From Eledone cirrhosa (Eukaryota): DNA of 64,000 nt. The notes beneath the pieces are model-generated. The model did no database searches. It was not told where the DNA came from and saw only the letters and a program-made list of their open reading frames with translations. Of the stretch, positions 1 through 14,214 are shown one piece after another. Position 1 is the stretch's first letter, and each line of letters starts with the position of its first letter. The stretch spans positions 18,910,001 to 18,974,000 of the forward strand of contig OZ024758.1 in assembly GCA_964016885.1 (NCBI GenBank). The letters run 5' to 3'. The position numbers were made by a program, and so were the translations under genes.

Positions 1-37
<37 letters not shown>

Positions 38-484
38 CTTATATGGTTCAAATATACAATGTTTACGTTGTTTGGAATGGAAAAGGAGACATACAGCTTA
101 TGATTGGCTTTTGATATATTTTAATCTCAGCATGTTGTATTGTGGTATATTTTAATCTTAAAAGTGACTTTTATTTCTTGCTGTGTGAAAGATTCTAGCT
201 GTGTAATCGCCTTTGTATGATGAAGAGAAAACAAACATATATTATTAGAGATTTTCATAATATTATCTCGTGTGTTTCTTTATGTTAGGATTAATAGCTT
301 TCATCCATTACAAATCACTGCTCATATTGAGTAATCACGTAAAAACGTATGGATTAGAATAGGAGAAATGTAAATAAAATGGTGTCAAATATTATAAAAT
401 GATTAAGGAATATGTGTTATGTTGTGGAATTAGCGACGATTTAGCTTTAGTATATATATGATATCATAATTGTATATACATACA

Positions 485-526
<42 letters not shown>

Positions 527-576
527 TGAATGTATATACATTTATGATATCATATATATATTCATATATATATATA

Positions 577-692
<116 letters not shown>

Positions 693-693
693 C

Positions 694-1048
694 ATGGAAA
701 GTTATATTTAAATTGTTGGGTTACAACTAGTAAATATTTATAACTGATATAAAAGCACTCAACAAGTATTTGGAGTATATTTACGATATTAAATAAATGG
801 AAACTATATTTATAAAACCATATTTATTTCATTATATATATTTCAGGGATATCATATTAACAATATGTTGTGCCTTCCTCAGACAAAATACAATATAGAC
901 AGTTTTATAGATAAATAGATTTGACATACCGTTCAACATCGACTTGTATTTGAAAAAGTTGATTTGGCAGTGATATGATATCCCTAAAAATATATATAAT
1001 GAAATAAATATGGTTTTATAAATATAGTTTCCATTTATTTAATATCGT
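694..1048 (-). mobile_element. Hammerhead-bearing fold-back element, family A copy 1 (Penelope-like terminal fragment)
   Basis: Flanked by (TA)n on both sides. 783-858 is repeated inverted at about 972-1048. Homologous to 5005-5449. Confidence 0.75.
825..890 (-). ncRNA. Minimal type I hammerhead ribozyme (family A)
   Basis: Minus strand reads TATTTTGT-CTGAGGA-AGGCACAACATATTGTTAATATGATATCCCT-GAAA-TATATA-TA-ATGAAATA. Stem I pairs with two GU wobbles, stem II forms a hairpin, stem III is palindromic. Confidence 0.65.
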
Positions 1049-1448
<400 letters not shown>

Positions 1449-1450
<2 letters not shown>

Positions 1451-1637
1451 CGAAGGATATGTAGTAAGGAACCAGGTGGACCATAACGCACCAAAGTACT
1501 CAATACTTAGGGTAGTAGAGTGGGTAATAGGAACAAGTAAGACCCCGGCGGCTGAGCTCAAGCCGTTTCGACGGCTAATTCAGTACAGAATTAGCCGTCG
1601 AAACGGCTTGAGCTCAGCCGTCGGGCTCTTACTTGTT

Positions 1638-1641
<4 letters not shown>
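1449..1641 (-). mobile_element. Fold-back element, family B (3' half of a hammerhead in both arms)
   Basis: Inverted arms 1528-1581 and 1588-1641 containing GAAA-CGGCT-TGAGCTC-AGCCG-TC-GGG. (TA)n on both sides. Further copies at 4338, 4577, 13414, 50157 and 56060. Confidence 0.8.
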
Positions 1642-1692
<51 letters not shown>

Positions 1693-1703
1693 ATCTTTAT
1701 ATA

Positions 1704-1790
<87 letters not shown>

Positions 1791-2004
1791 GTTAATTTAT
1801 ATATATATATATATATTTAATTATTTATATATTTATTTATTTATATATTTATTATATATATTTATTATATATATTTATTATATATATTTATTTATACATA
1901 CACATTACAACAGCACTCCCATAAATGTGTCCTGGACAGGTAATCACAGTGCGTATACATTTTATAGGAACATACTTTATATATATATATTTATAATATA
2001 TATA

Positions 2005-2107
2005 TAATTATTTCTACTGTTGGCACAAGGCCGACAATAATCCAGTACATTACTGGTACTTTATTTTATCGACCTCGTTAGGATGAAAGGTAAAGTTAAC
2101 CTCGGTA
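2005..2107 (-). mobile_element. tRNA-derived SINE family 1, 3' fragment
   Basis: Matches the 3' half of the repeat at 2545-2733. Confidence 0.8.
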
Positions 2108-2115
2108 ATATAATG

Positions 2116-2146
<31 letters not shown>

Positions 2147-2216
2147 TTTATATTATTGTGTCTGTATCTCTCTTTCTCTCTCTCTCTCTCTATATATATA
2201 TATACACACACAAACG

Positions 2217-2323
<107 letters not shown>

Positions 2324-2544
2324 GGAGAGAGCCAATGGATTTGTAGAGCCATTTTGAGATTAAAAGTGGTAAGAAGTTTTGAACGTGAAAGTTAGTAACT
2401 TCAATGTTTCTGACTATGATTGAATTATCTCATACGTGTGTTATAATATCTCTGGAGACGGAAACATAAATTAATCCGTGCCAACCTGAAACTTGAACCC
2501 ACTCCTCATATGGTACGTTTGTTTTCCATTATATTAAAGCGTAA

Positions 2545-2733
2545 GGCGGTGGATTGGCAGTATCGGTAATGGGCTGACGTCATTATTTGACGCATAGATT
2601 AACAGCCCTAGCCACTATGAGCTGAAACTCCGCCGTGGTTAACTTTGCCTTTCATCCTTACGGGGTCGATAAAATAAAGTACCAGTAATGCACTGGATAT
2701 TTGCTGGCTGTATGCCAAAAGTAGAAACAATTA
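2545..2733 (+). mobile_element. tRNA-derived SINE family 1 with target-site duplication
   Basis: A-box-like TGGCAGTATCGG and a degenerate B box (GAGTTCAAATCC in better copies). Body CTTTGCCTTTCATCCTTACGGGGTCGATAAAATAAAGTACCAG. ATTATATTAAAGCGTAAG is duplicated at 2528 and 2730. Confidence 0.85.
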
Positions 2734-3437
2734 TATTAAAGCGTAAGTCGATGATTTCTTTACATTCTTTATACCTTGTGATTTCGCCATATGTAAACAA
2801 TGTGTATATATAACCGTTGACAATTAGGTTAGTATAGCCACACTGTTGCTGTTGTGGGTTCGAGTCCCACGAGTAACTTTGTACATTTTCTCCGTCTCCA
2901 AGGCTTGTATACTCGACTTATATTGTTTTAAGCAGTCACGTTTGTGTTGAAATCGCAAGTGACTACGTAAAACACAAAACTATCTTCTAATAGGAACGTA
3001 AGACCGCTGCAGAATTATTTCCTCAACAGAGAGAACTGAGTAATGTGATGGGATATGCCACCGTTTGAAATATAACGCTTCCCTCGGTATGGGAATTAAA
3101 CTCACAACATGATCGTGAGCCAAACTGCGTAATCCCTTGGCCATTTTCTTTACCAATACGTCTAATAAAACATTATAATGATTACATATTCAAAGTAAAT
3201 TTTACTGAGTGTTATACCTAATCTATGTTGTATGAGACCTTGCTGAATATATATTCTAATGAGACGAATTACTCTAAGGATTTTGTTCTATCAACAACGT
3301 TACTGCACATAGAGAAATTATCCTCTAGACACAATGGAACTGACCTGAATCTTGTACATATTTACCTGACGTATATACATAGATAACATTTCTCCCATAT
3401 TTTCTTACACACACACAGACGCACTATCTCTCTCTCT

Positions 3438-3489
<52 letters not shown>

Positions 3490-4337
3490 CTCTCCCCTTC
3501 GCTATCTACCCTCTCTCTCCTCTCTCTCTCACCCTCTATCTAACGCTAATCTCTCACATTATATCGCCCTCTATCCCTCTTCACTCACACTTCTCTCACT
3601 TCTCTCTCTCCCCCACTCTCTGTATCTATATACCTATGTATAACTGTTTGTGTTTTTGTCTGTTATTGTTTTTCATTATCCGTTATTTTTTAAACAATTT
3701 TACGTGCGTTTCAAATTATAGATTTCCAGAAACTCTTTTTGCTGTCACTCAAGAGAGAAATAAAATATCCTGAAACTATAAGAACTGTTGCAACCAATTT
3801 TCTATTGCTCTGCGTTATATATATTGCTTAAGACACCTGTCGTAAACATAGACGACGTCCTTTTCCTATCGATCGATATAAATTAAATTCAGGACTGCAA
3901 AATTTAAGTGCTTTTTGAAAAAAAGGAAACAAAACAAAAAAAAAACATTCATTACAAGACAAAATGCATCTAAAATTTGTAGAACTATTAGTTCCTTCCT
4001 ATACTGTATTTAGGAAAATAGTTGGGTTAATAACACAAATTACTAAAGCTAGAGCAAAAATAATAATTCTAAAGATTTGAATGAGGTAATATGAAAGTCA
4101 TTGAACTAATGTAGCGAGTTAATATATAAAGTGTAATTAGTAAGAAACATACGTGTTCACACACGTGTACGTGTGGGTGTGTGTGTTTCTTTGTGAAGCA
4201 GAGAAAGATAGAGAGTGAGAAGGAAATATAGGTAAGTTCAGCCACCCCCACCTCCCATCCACTGCCATGATAGACTTAATTATGTTTACAAGAAATGTTG
4301 ACCAATCCTCATGACAACTACAATTTCCCATATAAGG

Positions 4338-4531
4338 AATTACCCCTTGAAAAGTTCGGCTAATTATTTACCACGCTAAAAATTCTAATTTAGTCCAGAA
4401 ATAGCCGTCGAAACGGCCAAAGCTCTGCCGTCGGGGTTATACATGTTTCTATTACACACTCTACTACACTTAGTATTGAGTACTCTGGTGCGTTATGGTC
4501 CATCTGGTTCCTTACCACAACTCCTTCGTTA
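4338..4531 (+). mobile_element. Family B copy retaining a degenerate complete hammerhead
   Basis: TACCCC-TTGAAAAG (decayed CTGAAGA)-CGGCTA...TAGCCG-TC-GAAA-CGGC...GCCG-TC-GGGGT, followed by the family B 3' tail ending in (TA)n. Confidence 0.65.
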
Positions 4532-4537
4532 TATATA

Positions 4538-4573
<36 letters not shown>

Positions 4574-4576
4574 AAT

Positions 4577-4738
4577 ATAGGAAGTGAGTCAGGACTCCGA
4601 CGGCCGAGCTCCAGCCGTTTTGATAGTTAGATCCTAACTAAGGCAGTTATTTTCATGTTACCCACTCTACTACACTAAATATCGAGTGGTCTGGTCGGTT
4701 ATGGTCCACCTGGTATCTTACCACACTTCCTTACTTAT
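4577..4738 (+). mobile_element. Family B, older diverged two-arm copy
   Basis: Short inverted arm followed by the TTACCCACTCTACTAC...GGTCCACCTGG tail. TA-flanked. Confidence 0.65.
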
Positions 4739-4754
4739 ATATATATATATATAT

Positions 4755-4980
4755 GCCACAAAAGAACTTTGATAAACTATATATATGTGTTTGTATCTAT
4801 ATTGTATCGGTATTATTTTTGACCGTTGGTCAGTCAATGGCAACATTGAGGACCGAATACATTAGAATCCTAATATAAAAGACACAGAAGCGAAAGGCGA
4901 AAACCAACCAAACAGTGACTGTGTTCTGTTATTAATTCTGGCAATATTACACAAATATGACTCTCCCCAAGTATAACAAT
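4755..4980 (+). mobile_element. Penelope family C 3' terminal fragment
   Basis: Matches about 21520-21736, including GACCGTTGGTCAGTCAATGG and the CCCCAAGTATAACAAT end. TA-flanked. Confidence 0.85.
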
Positions 4981-5004
4981 ATATATATATATATATATAT
5001 ATAT

Positions 5005-5447
5005 GATAATAAATAAATGGAAACTATATTTATAAAACCATATTTATTTCATTATATATATTTCAGGGATATCATATTAAAAATATGGTATGCCTTCATC
5101 AGACAAAATACAATATAAACAGTCTTATAAATAGATAGATTTGACATACCTTACAACTTCAACTTCCATTTAAAAAGTTGATTAGGAAGTTTAAATGGAA
5201 GTTGAAGTTGTAAGGTATGTCAAATATATCTATTTATAAGACTGTTTATATTGTATTTTGTCTGATGAAGGCATACCATATTTTTAATATGTTATCCCTG
5301 AAATATATATAATGAAATAAATATGGTTTTATAAATATAGTTTCCATTTATTTAATATCGTAAATATACTCCAAATACTTGTTGAGTGCTTTTATATCAG
5401 TTATAAATATTTACTCGTTGTAACCCAACAATTTAAATAAAACTTTG

Positions 5448-5449
<2 letters not shown>
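5005..5449 (+). mobile_element. Family A copy 2: about 350-bp near-perfect palindrome with a hammerhead in each arm
   Basis: Arms 5005-5174 and 5190-5358 with a 15-nt spacer. The right arm continues to the family 3' end. TA-flanked. Confidence 0.8.
5254..5319 (+). ncRNA. Minimal type I hammerhead ribozyme (family A); mirror copy at 5045-5110 on the minus strand
   Basis: TATTTTGT-CTGATGA-AGGCATACCATATTTTTAATATGTTATCCCT-GAAA-TATATA-TA-ATGAAATA. Confidence 0.7.
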
Positions 5450-5479
<30 letters not shown>

Positions 5480-6166
5480 GTGTATAATATGTGTATGTAT
5501 GACTTATGGCTGGATGTACTATCGTACCCCATCTCTGTTGCACGGACCTTAACTCCAATTACTGGCCATAGTGTTAAAGACTGCTTCGTGATATGGATCC
5601 TAGAATGCACCGCTATAATTTACACCCTAATGATACTCTATCAGAATGGGTATTGATTTTCTATTGTAGCTTATCAATTCATTATAGACTGGCAAGCAAC
5701 ATATACACAACAATATTCCCTAGTTAGTTTAGTGTGAAACACCACATCGATTTCATTTAGAACAATTTCATATCATCTACTTTGCTAATATCTTCGTTTC
5801 TGTTCATAAGATATCTTAGGGTGTATTAGTTATCTAGAAATTTAATTACCCTACCACGAATGCAGTAAATTATCAGAAAGTATATTACTCTAAACTAAAT
5901 TACCGAATTACAGAATAATCTTCATTCAAATTACAAAGAGGGAACATTTTATTTCGATCCCACCTGAGTAGATAAAATATTTCTTAATAATATTCGTACA
6001 TCGGTTTAATCGTAAAGGTTTTCTTGTGTTAGATTAGAAATGGTGGCCTATTTTTGTTGGTAAAAATAATTTCCTGCGGAGAACATTCTGAGATATAAGC
6101 ATGTTTTTTTCCATAGCGATATATCTGTGATAATAATTGTAAACTTTTTCCTTAGATTCTTAGAAT

Positions 6167-6337
6167 TAATTATCTCTACATTTGGCACAAGACCAGTAAT
6201 TACCCCAGTGCATTACCGGTACTTTATTTTAACGTCCCCGTAGGATGAAAGGCAAGGTTTAAACTCGATGGGTTTATAACACTTTGCTGCAAATCCTGGT
6301 GTATGACGCTCTACCGATGTTGCTGTTATACCCCCTT
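6167..6337 (-). mobile_element. SINE family 1, diverged
   Basis: Reverse-complement match. Flanked by a TTAGATTCTTARAATTAAT duplication. Confidence 0.75.
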
Positions 6338-7371
6338 TTAGATTCTTAAAATTAATACGTCCTATGTATGAAATAATTGCATTATAATACGGCAACCAAT
6401 TGCCCAAGTATTAACATTTACACCAGGTAATTTTAGTCCAAATTACCGGGTAAGTGTAGTCCAAATCTTATAATTTTCATTTCATTTAGTGTAAAATTAA
6501 AAACCCTGATCTCATTCTCTTAAATACATCAGTTGAGTATTCTTATATCACACAATTAAATGGATGACCATACTATAAGATATTTGGATGATATTTAATT
6601 TTGCATTCCGGGAGATGGTCCTTAAATGTAGCTACGTTTCGCTAGATATAAACCAATGACCAGTTGATATGATCCATTGTACAGATTGCCACGAGAAACA
6701 CAAAATAGAAATTTCAAATTAGGTGTGTTCGTTATTTAAGAGGCCATATGTCCATATAATGGATTAGTTGATTGCTTCTATCCAGAAGATAAAGCATGTC
6801 AATAATGGCCGGAACAAATTAATCCCCAAGGCTGAGAACTGGAGGATTACATGAGATTAAGATACAGCTTATTGATCTGGAATGTATGGCTTCAGTGTTA
6901 GAATCAAATACATATATTGTGATATAATATCCAAAATATTGGCAGTGAAAGCATTTCAGACTTGAATAATCTGTACATAATGTTATAGGTTCCCGTATCT
7001 AATGAGATATATAACGGTATTTAGAATAAAGTACACATGATGATGTAATTTATCTAGAGGTTAAAACGTGATCAAATTTGTATTATTTTTCTCTGCCGTT
7101 GCTGAATATATTTCTCGGATAAGCGCGCACCATACAATAATAGTTTCCAATGAAAGAATCAATGCGGATGAACTAGATGAGTTTTCCACCTGCTAGGGAT
7201 AGCCTCTAAATTCAATCTTATTACTATCAAACATTTTCCAAATAAAAGAATACCTGGGGGGAAATAATAAAAACGACTGTAATACATTTGGTCATATTTT
7301 AGCTTAACTGTTTATGACCTGGATTTAAAGCAACTACATCATTCAACTGAAATAAATCGCATTCCCTACAC

Positions 7372-7970
7372 TTAAAATAATTGTTTCTACTTTTAGCACA
7401 AGGCCAGCAATTATCCCAGTGTATTACTAGTACTTTATTTTATCCACTCAGTAAGGATGAAAGGCAATGTTAACCTCAGCTGGATTTGAACTCAGATCAT
7501 AAAGGGCCGTAACCCTCTGCTGCAAAACATGGCGTCCGATCCTCTGCCGATACTGCCAATCCACACCTAAAATAATAGTTTCTACTATTGGCACCAGGCC
7601 AGCAATTAAATCAGTGCATTACTGGTACTTTATTTTATCGACCCCGTACGGATGAAAGGCAAAGTTAACCTCGGCGGGGTTTGAACTCAGATCATAAAGG
7701 GAGGTGACTCTATGCTTCAAAGCATGGCGGCCGACCCTCTACCGATACTGCCAATCCACCGCCCTCTAAAATAATTGTTTCTAGTTCAGGCACAAGACCA
7801 GCAATCACCAGTGCATTACTGGTACTTTATTTTATCCACCCCGTAAGGATGAAAGGCAAAGTTAACCTCGGCGGGATTTGAACTCAGACTGTAAATGGAC
7901 GTAACTATGCTAGAAAGCATGGCGTCCAACCCTCTCCCAATACTGCCAATTCACCGCCCTCTAAAATAAT
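7372..7970 (-). mobile_element. Three head-to-tail SINE family 1 copies
   Basis: Units at about 7377-7566, 7571-7764 and 7770-7959, each bounded by TAAAATAAT. Confidence 0.88.
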
Positions 7971-8427
7971 GAAGTTTAAATAAGCATGGAAAGACAACAA
8001 TTGTATTCTTGATTTTTATATAACATCTTTACTTGACGCACAAATTGTAATAGATTTATGTAAATAATCGGATTGTTACACTATGGAATCATAATAGCGG
8101 TTCAAATGACGGAGCATTCCACAAACGTATAATTATGACATCATTTTCTGGAAGCTTCTGAACAGTGACTCAGTTTGTGACAGACATATAATTGAAAATA
8201 CAGGTACAGTCACCATTATTGGCTGTATATTAATTTATGTTGTGCATTTCAACCAGAAATGGATTAAATGTCAGATGACCATATAGCTTATCAGAGGATT
8301 TGTACTGGGAACTTTATGATTGTGAAGTGAACTTCTCAACCATTTCATAAATAAATTTGGACAAAGCCATCCAATCGAAACACACACACATTTTTTCTAA
8401 CACATTCATTAGAATTGAATTACACAA

Positions 8428-8502
<75 letters not shown>

Positions 8503-9480
8503 GGGAGAGAGAGAGAGTGAGAGACGGAGACAGATAGGGAGAGAGACATACATATATGATTGTATATGATAGAGAAATACTAGTCAGCCTCCGTTGATAA
8601 ACTGATTAGATCGTCTTTATTTCAATTGATATGTTACATTCGCCTCAATTAAAAACATTATCTAATGATGTGTGACACATTTTCACGAATGTTTTTCTTA
8701 ATAAAGACAAATGTTATGTCTTCTATAATTAAAGTGTAATAATAGTCTACAATATAATATTGGTAGCAGGAAATTTCCTATTTGAAACTTACTATTGGAC
8801 AGCAGGGGATCTTCTATGTAACACTTGTCCTATTCTGAGCCGGGAAATTACCTCGCTTTCAAATTACAGTCTTTAAAAATGTAGACATTTGTTAATAAAG
8901 TCTAGGTTGTATTAGAAATTTGAAATAGGCATGGCTTCAATATCATCATTCTTACATTATTACTGAAGTATCTGTGATATTAATCTGGCTTGCTATAAAT
9001 ATCGGTGTCTCTAATAATACTTTACAATATAAACGGGTAGTCGAAGGAAAGAATAAATATTTAATTAATATTCTAATTAGCCGAAGCGTCTGTCTTTGGT
9101 TGTACCATCTGTTTGGATACAGTATTCTCAGTCATTCCTGTTTCATCGCATGAAAAAAAACATGAAATTATATATTCGTTTCTTAGTATATTTTATTTAA
9201 CTTCTCAAAATAGAAAGCAAACTCCGTCATAATTGAACTAAGGGCTAACTAATTCTCTTTCAGAGATGAGTTAGTAGAGTTGGCATATCAAAAATGAATA
9301 TTATAATATACAATACACAACGTTAGAATGGCTGAGTTGTGTAATCTATAAGCATTTTCTCTCCAAATACGTTAAATATGTGGTTCTATTCTCAAATATA
9401 AGCCTGTTTTCATGTTTTCTATTAAGGATTATTTCATTTACTATATTACGTTGTTCATATTAAAACTTAATTTGCTCATA

Positions 9481-9668
9481 ATAATTGTTTCTACTCTTGG
9501 CACAAGGCGGGTAATTATCCAGTGCATTACTGAAACTTTATTTTATCGACTTCCTAAGGATGAAAGACAAAGTTAACTTCGGCGGAATTTGATCTCAGAA
9601 TGGCAAGGGCCTTAAGTCTATGCGTCAGAGCATGGCGTCCGACCATCTACCGATACTGCCAATCCACC
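9481..9668 (-). mobile_element. SINE family 1
   Basis: Full-length reverse-complement match. Confidence 0.85.
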
Positions 9669-9744
9669 AATAATGATAGACGTGGAGAGCGGGAATGATG
9701 GAGTCACATAGAGATATATATGAAAGCGTATATAATATGTATGT

Positions 9745-9990
9745 GGAGGCACGTGGCCTAGTGGTAAGAGTGTTGGACTTACGATCATACTGTCGTGGGC
9801 TTGATTTCTGGGTTGTGTGTTGTGTTCTTGAGCAAAACACTTCATTTCACGTTGCTCCAGTATATTCAGCTGGAAATGAGTACCAGCAACATCTGGAGGT
9901 TTAACCCTGCGATGGACTGGCGTTCCGTCCAGTGGGTAGTATTGTACTCTCATTCGCTTCACGTCATGAAACCGGGATAAGCACCGGCCA
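9745..9990 (+). mobile_element. tRNA-derived SINE family 2
   Basis: tRNA-like head GGCACGTGGCCTAGTGGTAAGAG, central GTGTTCTTGAGCAAAACAC, tail CCCTGCGATGGACTGGC...GAAACCGGGATAAGC. Related minus-strand copies near 47200-47877. Confidence 0.7.
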
Positions 9991-12061
9991 AATTAGCCTT
10001 GTGACCATATCACACCAATATAAGGAATAACAAACGTATTATAATTTCATCAATCACCACCTAAGTTTGCTAATTGTTTTTTAAACAAAGATAACAATAT
10101 TATAATATTGTATAACGAGGTTAAATAGTTTCATTAATTTTTACCTCTGTAATTTATATTCTCTTATGTAACCCCGATGAAATGCATTGGAGTCTATTTC
10201 ATGCGTACATTATTCATTCTAAAGTGATGCCCTGCAGGCATTATTGAACAGTTAGTAGACACAACTCCCAAAACTGGTGGACACATATGTTATCTTGTTG
10301 ACCTCAAAACGACAAAAGCAAAGCCGACTGCTATGCAGTTTGATCGTAACCTAAACAATTAAATATAATTAAGCAGTGTGTCCAGCGTTTTACCTATTTT
10401 ATCAATAAATCACACTCTCTACTCTACAGTAATAAAAATACCATTCGTGTGCATGTGTTTATATCATTCATTTGGTTTGTGTTTAGTAATATAACTACTT
10501 TTCCCATTCTTTAGATGATGTTTAGAGCATACCTTAACTATGATTCTTAAATAAACATACCATGGAGTCGTTTTGGAATAATATAAATATTTCAAAATAA
10601 TCAGCTTATTATTTTAGAACCAGGGTGGTGTGATGTGATCCATATTACTCAGGTTTAAAGGAATTAATATAAAACCAGGTATTCGCTGTTTAACCTGAGA
10701 GTAACACATATATGAAGCGATGTGACCGACAATATGAAGCGATTACTACCCGTAATATAATCAATAATAAAATTGTGGAGCGTCAGCTAGGTAGTAATAG
10801 ATATGATCTGTGATGTGTATTCAAAATAGAAACTATGAAACAGATGCAATCTAATGTTTTAAATAGACGAAATACGCTAGTGCACAAGAAATATACTTTT
10901 TTATACATCAGTTTACTAGAAACCAAGAAAATGCTGTATGATCATGTACTATTATATTTTTACTTACCAATCTGATGATGCTTCATCGACAGATTAACAG
11001 AGAGTCGACTAGAAATAGCTCATGATCATCTTTGCTAGGCTACATAATGAAGCGATTCGTGCTTAAAACCAATATTTTATTTCTGTAAAAATTTAGCACA
11101 CTTCAAACTAAAGGTGATTTCGTTCAAGGAAGCTATACAATGCAAGCCACATTTATTTCTGAAATATATCTGAAAAAAAGTAAAATTGAGAGAGAAGGAA
11201 TTAATACGTGATATTTTACAACTGACGTATCACAGGGAAGGATAAGATCATTTAATTTGGAGCCAAAACACAAATTTCTTGTAGCCTGGAGGCTGTGAGA
11301 CAGGAAATTGTCTATATAAAGAAATACAATGCCATTGTTAAAGAAAAAGAAAAAATAATTTTTATGGCGTATTTCAATGGTAGGCGTTTCCAAATTATAT
11401 TGGGTATTTGTGAGAAAAGTGAAGTTATGCTATATCGAAAATTTTCCGGATATGGGAGAAATATATGAAATTCCTTTGGTATGGAGTGTAATGAATGTAG
11501 GTTATTTAAATAGAATAATGAAACAGAAATAATTTAAAATTTTACTATTATATTCACGACTTCAACTTATCGTAATCGGTAATGAAGCATTGATATATAA
11601 TTCGAATACAGATTTAAAAAATAAAAAAAAACAATATATGATTTCATTGATTTTGTTAAACAGAACAATGTCGATTCATTTTAGTTAGAAAATTGTTTAG
11701 CAGATATGATGCTAATTCTTCCGGTGAAGGAAAGGGAGGAGCCAGAATTCAGCTGAGTAAAGATTCCGTTTTGGTTCTTGTTCTTACTTGGAGTACTCGT
11801 AAGTATTAATACAAATTTGCTGACGTAAACATTCCTAAGATTAAAGTGAAAACAATAATATTTTTCATTCTAGGATTGATATTAAAATATTGCCACTGGG
11901 CTGTCGTGGTTCAAGAGCATTGATAAGTTGGATTACATTGTGAAGAAGGGCCATTAGAAATTTCATGTCGAACTCTTAATCAGAGGTTATATAACTTGTT
12001 TTTTGTAGTGTATTGTTCCGCAATGATCAGATCTCTCCACTGCATACCAACTGGTCATTCA

Positions 12062-12104
<43 letters not shown>

Positions 12105-12237
12105 AGTAATAATAATAATTGTGAAGACTAAAATCCAAAGATGGCTCGATAAGAATAAATATATATTCAAATAACAGATTCCGTTAAGGGTGAAAGCAGC
12201 GATTCTTTGCTTAAGCTTTAATCTGTTATTTTAATAT
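12105..12237. mobile_element. Family D two-arm fragment
   Basis: Left part is the reverse complement of about 60730-60798. Right part is the hammerhead 3' half CCGTTAAGGGT-GAAA-GCA...TGC-TT also seen at 60298-60346. Confidence 0.7.
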
Positions 12238-12242
12238 ATACA

Positions 12243-12338
<96 letters not shown>

Positions 12339-12549
12339 TATATTAGAAAGTGAGGGTTTTTTTTACCAAATGAAACATAACCGAGGTGTCCGACACGAGT
12401 GAAAGTATAAAGAAAAAAAATGAAATCAATAATGCAACTTGAGTCTTGTTTTGAAAAAATATATATATTTATTTGGTTCCTTTACCGGTTTCGCAGTTCT
12501 GCTTTACAAAAGTAGATTTGAGATGGAGGGTCTGTGGTTTTTCCCACAC

Positions 12550-12584
<35 letters not shown>

Positions 12585-12589
12585 GAGAG

Positions 12590-12668
<79 letters not shown>

Positions 12669-13413
12669 TATGTCGTTGTCATAACAAAAGTCCGAGGAGC
12701 TTTGATTTCAGAGTCGGGCCCGATTGATACAGATCCAAACGTCTGCTAATCAATCGCGAAACTGGCGTCACACCATAATAAATGTAATTGTAGAAATTTA
12801 ACACCCCTGTCCATGTTGTTTATATATATATATATATATATAATTAGTCCCCAAATCCACAAACAAAGGCTCTGCATTCTAATAAATATATCCTGTACAG
12901 GTAATCACAGTGTGTATACATTTTTGGGAAAAATATATATACGCACATAAACACACGCACATGAGAGATCTTTATATGACACCATTTTTTCAATGGTAAA
13001 TTGTGTAAGTCAAGTGCATGTGTCAAGATACATGGATTTTCTTTCAAGCAATGAAACTGATTATTTTTTATATCTGCCTGATTAAATTTGGTAACGCTGG
13101 AAATTTATTTCAGATATATTTAATCATTATGTAATTACTATACTGATGCATTATTATATTAATTATTATCCGTATTGTTTATCACACAGGTGTCTTATGC
13201 ATAGCAGGGGAAATAGAAATAGATGTTCATGAATAGTAATATATGTTTATTTTATTCTTTTCTCAAAATGTAAAAAAAATGTAAACCTTTGTTAAATTAT
13301 ATCTATTCGAAAATAATTAGCAGCTAGAAAATTAACCCACACAATGACGGGGCACACACACACACACATTCATATACAACCACACACACACGTATGTATA
13401 TATATATATATAT

Positions 13414-13608
13414 AAAAGGAAGGAAATGTGGTAAGGAACGAGATGGACCATAACGCACCAAAGTACTCAATACTTAAGGTAGTAGAGTGGTTAATAGGAA
13501 CAAGTATGACCCCGACGGCAGAGATGAAGGCGTTTCGACGGCTAATTCTGGACTGAATTAGCCGTCGAAACGGCTTGAGCTCTGCCGTCGGGGTCATACT
13601 TGTTGCTA
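13414..13608 (-). mobile_element. Family B fold-back copy
   Basis: Same structure and end points as 1449-1641. Confidence 0.8.
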
Positions 13609-13879
13609 TATATATATATATGTATACGCACGCACACACAAACTCAGAAGCAGATAAAAAGACACACATGCATGTCTCTCTCTCTATCTCTATCTCTATT
13701 TCACTATCTTTATGTCTTCCTCTGTGTCAATGAACTTTGTAATATCTACTTGGGATATATAATATTCAAAATATCTATATTTGAGAATCGAAATGTCTGA
13801 TATGTTATCGATTCCAGATTGAGGCACAGATCGATCGTGAAACTCACGTCAAATATGATTAAATATATTGATGGTATAT

Positions 13880-14190
<311 letters not shown>

Positions 14191-14214
14191 ATATATTTAT
14201 ATATATATAGTAAC

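Noticed and set aside
10968-11000. Isolated CTGANGA strings (also near 14550, 22932, 25102, 25788 and 46606)
   Set aside because: No matching stem II-GAAA-stem III-stem I arrangement.
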